Part shown: positions 26,381 through 37,007 of the stretch, piece after piece
How the letters are laid out: the number at the start of each line of letters is the position of its first letter
Position numbering within the stretch: the stretch's first letter is position 1
Made by a program: the position numbers and the translations under genes
Notes under the pieces: model-generated
What the model saw: only the letters and a program-made list of their open reading frames with translations
Databases searched by the model: none
Told to the model about the DNA's origin: nothing
Source: Eledone cirrhosa
Lineage: Eukaryota
DNA length: 64,000 nucleotides
Direction of reading: 5' to 3'
NCBI GenBank assembly: GCA_964016885.1
Contig: OZ024747.1
Span: 68,696,001 to 68,760,000 of the forward strand

Positions 26381-29252
26381 CACTACCACTACTACTACCA
26401 TCACCACCGCCATTAACCCCACACCACCACCACTATCTATAACAACCAGGTTGTTCGCATATAGGAGTTCCCATGGGCAGCCAGTCTTAAACCCTTGAGT
26501 TATGGCCTGCTGACTATAATAAATAGCAGTGGACTGAGGGTGAACACCTGAAGAACGCCTACTTGCACATTAAATTTATCACTAAATCCATTACCAAATC
26601 TCTGTACATAGTTTGTACTGCTCTCACACGTCACTCCTCAAGTCCTTAACCCTTTAATGTTCAAACCGGCCAAAAATGGCCAGAATTCTCTACCTCTTTC
26701 TGTTGAAACTGGCTGTAACTGGTTGTTCACACTGATGTTAAGATATTGTTCTCAAAATAAATACTTTCAAAATCTCATAGATTCGATATTATGTGAGATA
26801 TTATGTGAGGTAAAGCCTTTACCATGAAAATATAATATTATATATATAGTAATGTGAATGCTAAAGGGTTAAAGAACACCAGATAACAGAACGTGCAACT
26901 CTGTCAAAGGACTCCTCTAGATCTACAAAAGCTATATATAGTGGCTTGCATTTAATTAGTCTTAGGTTGCTGAGACGCGAATGCGTTTCACAAAGTTTTA
27001 AGATACTACTGATATTGAAATTAATAGTTAACTGAGAAATATGATTAAAATAGAGAAAGAAAAGGAAAGAAAATCCTTAGCTTTGGATTTCATGACATAC
27101 GGCCAGATAAAATTTGATGGTCATTAGTATAAATTCTAAATTAAGTAAATTTCATTTATTATATATACAGTATATTACCCAATAAGATTAAACAGTCACT
27201 TGCACTTTAAATAAATAAATCTTAAGATATATTTACATCGGAATAAAGAATTAAATCTGAAGGAAAATTTAACTATAAAAATATAAAAATTATTAAGGAG
27301 CCAATCGACATGATCCCAGACCTCATTTGCTTACCTAGTAATGGTGGAACTTATCAAAGCAGACCAAGGAAACAATGTTTACATTGGTCTTTCCATTGCT
27401 GATACTATCTACCAACCACAACCCCCTGACAGAAAAAGCAATGTAAAATAAAGTGTCTTGCTTAAGGACATAATGCATAACCAGTTTAGGATCAAACTCA
27501 CAACCTCATGTGTGTAAATCCAATTCCCTAATCACTAAGCCATGCACTTTCACAATTAAAATTTAGAATATTAAATAAAACAAGCACCTAAGATGATAAA
27601 ACAACTCTTATCTATATATGCCAAATCAAAATCATAAGATTGATTTTTTTACCATGTTATTTATTTAATAATAATCATCTATCTATAATGATAAAAAAAA
27701 AAATCAAAGTGTGAGCAATTAGATATTTCAAAAGTAAAATTTAATGTTCAATATTTATTTACGAATTATAAATGTTTACAAAGAGTCAAAATTTCAATTC
27801 AAAGAGAAAAAAACTTAAAAAGACTTATTACTAAAAAATGGGGAATTAATTATAGAGAATTTAATGATAGAGTGATAATTCTCCTAATGAAAATATTTTA
27901 ATATTAATGCAGGAGCACAAACCATCCTAGAGAAAAAAAGAAGTGTCTTGTGCAGGCAGCAAAAAATAATTTCCTGCTTGCAATTCAAATGTTTTAAATT
28001 AGACATAGTTATTTCCAGAGCTCCAATTAAATGTTGAGCCATTCTCTTTGTAAGGACTGGCAGTGTTATTTATAGACCATTGTAAACTATATTCAATATA
28101 AACCCCAAATAAATTGTGCAATTCTAAATTCATTTTTAAAAGAATTTAAATGTAAACAGTATTATTTTTTAAATGAATTAGATATTGCTCTGATTGAAGT
28201 ATTTCTGCTATTATTCCAGGATTCTTTTAATCTTCTATTTCTTTTATTAGTAGGTACTTGGTTTTTATTATTATCATATGGGTCAAATCCCGCCAACGTT
28301 ATCTTTGCCTTTCATCCTTACGAGGTCGATAAAATAAAGTACCAGTCACGCACTGGGGTCGATTTAATCGACCTCACCCTCCCCTAAAATTGCTGGCCTT
28401 GTGCCTATATAAGAAACCATTATTATCGTATGGGTGAATATTGGGCTCAGAACAAGCATATTTAACCCTTTAGCCTTTAAACTGGTGGTATCTGGCCAGA
28501 ATTCTCTCACCTCTGTCTGTTCAAACTGGCTGTAACTGGCCACTCATACTGACATTAAGGTATTGTTTTCCAAATAAATAATATCAAAATCTCATAGATT
28601 CGATATTTTGTGAGATAATTATGTAACATAAAGCCTTTACCACAAAAATACAATAGTATGTATAGTGTAATGCTAAAGGGTTAATATTATCTATAATGGG
28701 AGTATTGGTAGAGGGTCAGACATGCTTTCCAGCATCCCTTTACCATCTGAGTTCAAATCCCGCCGAGGTTAACTTTGCCTTTCATCCTTACGGGGTTGAT
28801 AAAATAAAGTACCAGTAATACACTGGGTAATTGCTGGCCTTGTGCCAAAAGTAGAAACAATTATTATCTATAATGGGATTATTCTATTAATATTTTATGA
28901 ATTCTCTAATGATACAAAGACGAGCAGTATCAATGTTTAATACCTAATTCCTTGAGTCAGTTTTTTCACCATTTGTATTTCTCCCTTATATTTTTCTGAC
29001 CATTCTTGTAGAAACACATGTTAACTTTTCATCTTGGCTATTTGTCCATTATTGTATGTATATATATATATAATTATAATTGAATATAAAAGAGAGATAA
29101 ACACAGATTATACATATATGTATTCAAATCGTAAGGGACCAGATTCGCTAAGGTGAAAAAGATACAAACTATGGACAATTCCGGTTTGTATTTATTTTTT
29201 TGATTTATTCTTAAATTGAGTCTGGCAAACCCTATTGTCCATAGTTAGTATC

Positions 29253-29423
29253 TGTTGTGCGTTCTAATATTGCAAAACTAAAGCTCCAATTCCAAGCTTT
29301 TATTCAATATCTAGAATATAAAAACAGTAATTAGTCTTGAAGAAATATAACAATAATATTTGTAAGAAAAGAAAGATATGCAATAAAACAAAGTTATATT
29401 GAGGATAGATGAACTTCATAACA
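29253..29423 (-). repeat. 3' LTR (171 bp) of the Gypsy element
   Basis: Minus-strand termini TGTTATG...CACAACA. Preceded by purine-rich AAAATCGGCGAAGAA (PPT-like) just after the integrase stop. Confidence 0.8.
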
Positions 29424-31692
29424 TTCTTCGCCGATTTTATTGTTCTTCAATGTAGCGCTTGGAGGCGACGCGTATACGATTGCTTCGTCTCAGGGGGTCA
29501 GCAGGAACTTGCGGTAGGATGCTAGTGCTATTTGCCACGGGATTTAAATCAATCACGGTTTCATCTAAGAGTAGATCATTACTGTGGTCGATGTTAAGTG
29601 GTCTCGGCATATCAGCAGGACTGCTAATCAAACTGTTTTCTTGGATGGATTGATTGTCATTATTTTGACAATTAATTGGGCCAGGGGAGAGGTCTACTGT
29701 TGAGACTGTACTAGATCTTCCATTTTGATATCTGACAACCGCGAAATTAGCATTCACCATCTGTTCGATAATAACTTTTTTCACTAATGGGTCGTTCTTT
29801 GTACGAATAAAGTTTCTAATATAGGCGTCGTTTCCAACTCTAAGCCAATCTGGTAGGGAAAATCCTAAGGAACCCTTTCGATCGAATCTAAATATGCGGT
29901 TATGGGGTGTCTCATTAGTCACTGTACAGAGAAATGATCGTTGCGAGGCAAGAACTTCTGGTATGATATCTTCCCACTTAGTTTCTTTAAGTGTTCGCGA
30001 GTTAATTATGCATTGAATTCCTTTCCAGAGGACTCCGTTGTAGCGCTCGTTTTGGCCATTTCCTTGTGGATGGTACGGCGAAGTGCGCGTGTGGGATATA
30101 CCATTGGACAAGCAGAAATGATCGAATTCTTTGGAGAGAAACTGAGTTCCTCGATCGGAGTGTATGAATGAGGGAACTCCGAATATTGAGAAGATTTGTT
30201 TGAGACAGTTAATGACAGTGTTTGAGGTGATGTCACGCATACCGAAAGCAAAAGGGAATCTGCTGAATTCGTCTACTGCAGTCAATAAGTATGTTTCCTG
30301 CTTTTGAAGATTTTGGTTTTGGTCCAACGATATCGATTGACAGACGTTCGAACGGCCTTGTTGACTTAATGAGTTTAGCAGATGGAGGCTTGAAGAATTT
30401 TGGCTTGCACTCCAAACATGATACGCAGCTTTTGACGACGTCGCGGATTTCGTCTACAGAAAAGGGCAGGTTATGGCGTCGGATATAATCGTAAAATCTA
30501 GTTACTCCTGGGTGTGCTAGTTGGTCGTGGAGTACTTTTAAATCACAGGGTGGCGATATAGCTGCAGCGATTCTTGAAAGACAATCGGCTTGGGTGTTGA
30601 GGTAGCCGGGTTTGTAGTCAATGTCAAATTGATGCTCTGATAGTTCTAAACGCCAGCGAGATATTTTATCATTTTTGATTCGTGATTTATTACTCGAGAA
30701 AATGAAGGCTACTGATTTTTGGTCAGTCCGTATAATCGTATGAAAACACTTCACGTATTGCGACCATCTCCGTACAGCTTCAATAATAGCCATAGCTTCT
30801 CGCTCCACAGTTGATTGTCTTTTCTCGGACGGTGAGAAAGTATAGCTCCGATTGCATCGCCAGACGCATCTGTTTCTATTACCAATGCGTGGCCAGTTTT
30901 AAGAGGAATGCTAAGAGCGGCATTAGAGATATCTGCTTTCATGGCTTGTATTACATCTGTAGCTACTTTATTCAGCGGGAACGAGTCAGCTTGTAATAGT
31001 GGTTGGATTTTCTTCGAGTAATCGGCAATCCACCTAGCATTATAGGCTAGGAATCCAAGGAATCGTTTCAGTTGTTGTTTGTTTGTTGGGATTGGGTAGT
31101 CTAGTAGGGTTTTGATGCGTTCCTTATCGGGTTTCTTTACTCCGCTCTGAATGTTATAACCTAGTATAGATATACTCGTTTGGCAGATTTTACTCTTATC
31201 CGAGTTAAGAGTTAGGTTTTCTGTCTTCACAGTGTTTAAGAATGCTTTCACATTTCTATCATGTTCAGCTTTGGTATTTCCCGTGACTATGACGTTGTCA
31301 ATATAGGCATAGGTTTTGAGTAAGTTATATTTCTCTATAACTTGATCCATAATTCTCTGAAAAACAGGTACAGCGTTAGTCACGCCGAAGGGTAAGCAGC
31401 AGAATTGGTAGAGTTTGTGATTAACCTGAAATGCCGTTAGAGGTTTGTCGATTTTTCTTAAAGGTACTTGGTGATACGCTGATTTGAGGTCGAATTCTGA
31501 AAAATATTTATCCTGTACCACTTTGTTAACAACATCCTCAATGTTGGGGGATGGATAGGCATCCAATTGTGTATACTTATTAATTGTCTGGGAGTAGTCT
31601 ACCACGAGTCGAGGTTTCTTTCCGTCTACTATGAAGCACTGAGCTCGCCAAGGTGAAATTGATTCCTCAATGATACCGGCTTCTAGGAGGCT
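29253..31692 (-). mobile_element. 5'-truncated Ty3/Gypsy LTR retrotransposon (RT-RNaseH-integrase, frameshifted) with 3' LTR
   Basis: SPWRAQ...RLVVDYSQTIN, DLKSAYHQV, LPFGVTNA, YIDN (mutated YxDD), ETDASGDAIGAIL, EREAMAI, H..LAHPG...C..C zinc finger, D..SDRGTQF..GNGQNER integrase core. Domain order is RT-RH-IN. Confidence 0.93.
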
Positions 31693-32952
31693 TCAAATTT
31701 ATTATTATTACTATATATATATATATATATTTATAGGAACGAGTAGGACCCCGACGGCTGAGCTCAAGCCGTTTCGACGGCTAATTCTGGACTATGCCTA
31801 TTATTTACATCTATATATATATATATTTATACATAGATATAAATAATAGAGGAACTACCTGTTGAAACGGCAAGAGCTCAGCTGTTGGGCTCAAACTTTG
31901 TCTAATATAGTCACACTCTACTATCCCAAATATCGAGTACTCTGTTGCATAATGATCTAACTAGTTTAAACTGGTTTAATCCTGATATATATATATTTAT
32001 ATAGTGGTGGGCCACAGTTTACTTGCTTACTGTTAAGAAATGTGAAGAAGAAACAAAGTATAATGATAGTAAATCTTATTCCCAAAGTAATTCATAGGCA
32101 ATTAATGTAAGTATAAATAGCTACTTTGAATCTTCAAAAGACTGTCCATTTGTAAGCATAACATTATTATGTTTCTTTGAAATCAGTAAGTTAATTATGG
32201 CCTTTGTCTCTATCTGTTTGCATGTATGTATATGCATATATAGCTGCAGGATTGTCAACCTTCATGAATTATGCGTGGATTTCCATCTGCTGCTTTCTCA
32301 TCACGCTTTCATTCATTTATGGAAAATTCCAGGATTTTAGGAGTTCTCCTGTGTTTTTGATAGTTTGTGTTTCTTTCCACAATATTTGATTTAGAGAGTC
32401 TTCTAGCTTATTCTAGGCATTAGAACATTGAATAGAATGGTCTACAGTATTTGTTCTGTCTTTCTACTCCCTGAGTTCAAATCCCACTGAGGTCAACTTT
32501 GGGTTCAATAAAAAAAAATACCAGTCGAGTACTGGAGTCAATTCTTCTTCTATATCTCTTTCTCACTTTCATTCTCTTACTCTCTATCCTTCTCTGAAAG
32601 AAATTTGTTGTAATTCAGACCTAGAAAGGAGATGACTCAGCCATGTTAAAAATGCCTTAAAAACACTGTATGGCAATATGGTGCCTCTACGACTGCCTCC
32701 TGAAATCTATAAAAATGACTTATGGGTGTGGTTTATACAGAACCCTTTCCTTTCGTTTGTTTTTTTGTATAACCAATCAAAGACCATTTAAACAAAAAAT
32801 CTAGTTGAATACATACTTTTCAATGCTGTTATATAGGAAGGTCATCAATTATTATAATGTTAAAATCATTTTATGTAAATACAATTTATTTTAAAACATT
32901 ATATGTGTATGTGTATATATATAAGTATGTATAATTTCGTTTCATTTTTTCT

Positions 32953-32983
<31 letters not shown>

Positions 32984-33072
32984 ATGTAAGAGTTCTATTT
33001 AAATTGTTGGGATACAACAAGCAAATATTTTTATAACTGATATAAAGCACTCAACAAATATTTGGAGTAAAA

Positions 33073-33579
33073 ATACGATATTAACAAATGGAAACTATAT
33101 TTATAAAACCATATTTATTTCATTATACATATTTCAAGGACACCAAGTTAAATTATGGTGTGCTTTCATCAGATAAAATATAATATAGATCAGTTTTATA
33201 AATAAATATTGACATACCCTTAAAGAATGCAACCATTACTGTTGGAAGCTCCCGGATAGAAGAGTTATAGCGTTAATTATTAGTATTGGATATTTTAAAA
33301 ATAAGCCGTTGGGTTACGGAGAAATAGAAAGATAGAAACCCAACGGCTTATTTTAAAAATATCCAATACTAATAATTAACGCTATAACTCCACTATCCGG
33401 GAGCTTCCAACAGTAATGGTTGCATTCTTTAAGGGTATGTCAATATTTATTTATAAAACTGATCTATATTATATTTTATCTGATGAAAGCACACCATAAT
33501 TTAACTTGGTGTCCTTGAAATATGTATAATGAAATAAATATGGTTTTATAAATATAGTTTCCATTTGTTAATATCGTAT
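33073..33579. repeat. Near-perfect inverted repeat (243-bp arms, 21-bp loop)
   Basis: Arms 33073-33315 and 33337-33579; the right arm runs directly into (TA)n. Confidence 0.95.
33472..33536 (+). ncRNA. Type I hammerhead motif (mirror copy on the minus strand at 33116-33180)
   Basis: tattttat-CTGATGA-aagcacacca...tggtgtcctt-GAAA-tatgt-ATA-atgaaata. Confidence 0.82.
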
Positions 33580-33625
33580 ATATATATATATATATATATT
33601 AGGAAAATCTGCTTTGTAGAATCAA

Positions 33626-33721
33626 GACGTATCTGAGGACCTTGCGATTTTCAGAGTCAGGTTCAATCATCACATCGATCGTGCCTCGAACTGGTCGCTA
33701 GAGAAACGATTGTAATATGTC
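33626..33721 (+). ncRNA. Type I hammerhead motif
   Basis: gacgtat-CTGAGGA-ccttgcgatt...ggtcgctaga-GAAA-cgatt-GTA-atatgtc, then cAATAAA. 7-bp stem I; stem III ACGAUUGU is self-complementary with G-U pairs. Confidence 0.78.
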
Positions 33722-33763
33722 CAATAAATTCCATTCGTCGCAACACTGATTCTCCTTTTTACT

Positions 33764-33801
<38 letters not shown>

Positions 33802-33873
33802 TAGCGAAGCAAACGGTTATTAAACAATTTTCTAAATAAATTAAAAAATGATTAAATAATCACCTGTTCAGAT

Positions 33874-33954
33874 GCTGTTACCGACGGTTTCATCATTCCG
33901 AAAAATTGAAAATCCAACGAATTTCCAATGGAAAGAAATGAATCTTCAGACAGC
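33874..33954 (-). ncRNA. Type I hammerhead motif
   Basis: Minus strand gctgt-CTGAAGA-ttcatttc...ggaatgat-GAAA-ccgtcg-GTA-acagc. Confidence 0.8.
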
Positions 33955-34153
33955 CCTATTTCCACACCATAAGGTATCTAGCCTAATAGCAAGTAAATAT
34001 TATGCTCCCTGCCCAACGCATGCGGTCAAGCCGTTAAAATGACACACACGCAAATCAGGTCGCTGATAAAAGCTGGATATTATAAACATGTCGAATTGCC
34101 ACTAAAATTAGCAGCATTATTCAACGTTTTGTTCTCTACATAAGGAGAATAAT

Positions 34154-34305
34154 TATAGAAGTGGATGGATACTTCAACAGGTACAATGTACTTGTAGAAA
34201 TATTCAAGTTGTTTATAAAACATGTATTATAATACATGTTTTATAAACAACTTGAATATTTCTACAAGTACATTGTACCTGTTGAAGTATCCATCCACTT
34301 CTATA
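34154..34305. repeat. Perfect loop-less 152-bp palindrome
   Basis: Centre ...catgtatta|taatacatg... at 34229/34230; ends in (TA)n. Confidence 0.95.
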
Positions 34306-36179
34306 TATATATATATATATAATCATCATCATCATTATCGTTTTACGTCAATTTTTCCACACTAGCATGGGTTAGACGAGTTGTCCTGTTGTGGGCAATG
34401 CTAGGTCAGGTGACCATGTCTTGCACATACAGAATTGATATATATATATATATATAATACAAATTCAAGAGCAAATGATCAAATATAAAGAAATATATCA
34501 AACAATACACAGGAGATAATTTGCAAAGAATGTAAGAACATGAATCACAAATAAGCAGTATATCAGTTTAACAAAAAATGGTACATACCAACCACCAAAT
34601 AATTGTTTTACTCTCTCACACATAATTCCTTAATATCTACAGAACCATGTTTCACTTTTGGAATGGTTAAGTTCAAAGTTTAGCGATGATCAGTGAGAGA
34701 GAACTAATCAAATGTACTTACACCTCTAAAACAAATCTAAGAACTGGCCAAAATACACATGAAGTTACGAAAAGACAGTACACCTCAGTTTTATCTATAT
34801 GATATGAATAGGTATGTGGATAGCTAGAAATAGTAGCCAAACACCATTCAACAATAAGATACTCGACTAAATACAATTCAGGAGCATATTTATATTACTA
34901 CAATGAATAAGGATGTCGTGTCTGAGAAATTACAGACACACATCACATCGCCTGTAATGAAAGCTCAAGGATAAATTCCGAGCTCTTAGTAATACAAATT
35001 TGATTTTTTGTTAAACTGCTTATACTGCTCATTTATGATTAATATGCTCTTACATTCTTACCAAACTATCTCCTGTGTTATTGTTTGATATGTTCTTATA
35101 TATCTCATTCACTCTTGAATTTGTATTACTAAGATCTGGGAATTTATCCTTGAGCTTTCATTACAGGCGATATGATGCATGTCTGTAATTGTTCAGACAC
35201 ATCTTTATTCATTTAATAATATATATATATATATATAATTCGTTTTTGAATTTGTTTTGCAAGATTTCTTATCTGAAAACGTGTGTTGAAAGAGATATTG
35301 TTATACTTTGGGAGGGTCATGTTGCCAATAAAAACATACACACCTGTTGGTTTTCACTTCAATTTATTATAAATTTCCGGTTGGTTGGTTGGATAACTGG
35401 AAGGTTTATATATTGTCAAAGCTCTTTCATCACATATACTGGGACATCCTCAGTGACTAGGTTTTTATTTTGTGTGTCCTACACCATCTTGTTTTTGTGT
35501 GCTCACATAAAAACAAGATGGTGTATATATATATATATAACCCATGCTAGCGTGGAAAATGGACGTTAAACAAAGATGATGATGATGAAAGCATATACTA
35601 TATGTTTATATGTAATAAACATAAGGGAGCCTCACTATCAATGAAAAAATATTTTTTCTAATGGAAAAATTATTTTTTCCTCTTTTGTTCTGTGAACACA
35701 TAACATAATGTTATTAGCAGTCAAGAATGCCAAACAGTACTGTTTCAAGATTCATTACTCTCTAATAGGTACTGCCATGGTCATAGACTAGTGTCTGTAT
35801 ACATTTTGTATGATGAACATTTGTTGGAAATACTCATTTAGTGTAAACTTGGTTGGTTATAATTAATTGGCAGCAGTACTAGTTAAGTATAACAGGGGTG
35901 TATATGAAAGTATATACTATATGTTTTGTATACAATAAACATATAGGAGCCTCACTTTCAAAGTGAAAATATATTTTTCGTTTCAAAAGAATTACTTTTC
36001 TCTCTTTTGCTCTGTGAACATGTTACAGAATGTCAGTAGCAGAATGTATATAAACATATAGTATTTGTTTTTATATACACTCCTATTATGCTTAATGCTG
36101 TCTTAGTGTTACTGCCAATATTTATATATATATACATAGTCTTTGATTAACTTACTGGTAATTACCAGTATATATATAT

Positions 36180-36560
36180 ATATATAAATATATTATAATT
36201 GAATATAAAAGAGAGACAAACACAGATATATACATATATGTGTTCAAATCGTAAGGGACCAGATTTGCTAGGGTGATAAACACAGATATATGTGTTCAAA
36301 TTGTAAGGGACCAGATTTGCTAGGGTGATAAACACAGATATATGTGTTCAAATCGTAAGGGACCAGATTTGCTAGGGTGATTGGTAGTTACCACAATTCC
36401 GGTTTGTTTTTATTTTCTTGATTTATTCTTAAATTGAGTCTGGAAATCATATTGTCCATAGTTAGTATCTTTTTCACCTTAGCGAATCTGGTCCCTTACG
36501 ATTTGAACACATATATGTATATGTCTGTGTTTATCTCTCTTTTATATTCAATTATAATAT
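36180..36560. repeat. Fold-back insert with an internal ~52-bp tandem triplication; same family at 29070-29252
   Basis: ataattgaatataaaagagag...gttcaaatcgtaagggaccagat mirrored at 36450-36560; homologous to 29077-29252. Confidence 0.8.
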
Positions 36561-36711
36561 ACGGCTTGGAAAAATCTCTTTCCTTGAGCTATATATATGA
36601 TTCCAGTTCAACAATGAAACAACAACCCAACCATGAACTGGGCATATCAGAGTATTGACAAAGTTAAACACCTCAACAACATGTGTACTCGTCTCTACCA
36701 CACTAATTCGG

Positions 36712-36766
36712 ACTGCCTGAAGAGGTCACAGCCAAAGATGGCTGTCACTGAAATATATATAGCAGT
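36712..36766 (+). ncRNA. Type I hammerhead motif at the 3' end of a Penelope-like fragment
   Basis: actgc-CTGAAGA-ggtcacagcca(aaga)tggctgtcact-GAAA-tatat-ATA-gcagt, immediately followed by AATAAA. Confidence 0.87.
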
Positions 36767-36969
36767 AATAAACGAAGCTAAATTTTAAACATTTGACTTA
36801 TTTATTTTATTTTACTTTACATTACTCCGGAGTTACCAAACCAACCTGCGCACTTCGTTGAGTGCTCCAGATGCATACTGGGGTGTTAGTATACAACCAA
36901 CATATACTCGAAATGTATATATATATATATATATATAGTCTTTGATTAACATACTGGTGGTAATTATCA

Positions 36970-37007
<38 letters not shown>

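Noticed and set aside
34636-34700. Minus-strand CTGATCA...GAAACATGG, and a similar motif at ~50373
   Set aside because: The invariant G of CUGANGA is missing and stem I is weak; at most decayed relics.
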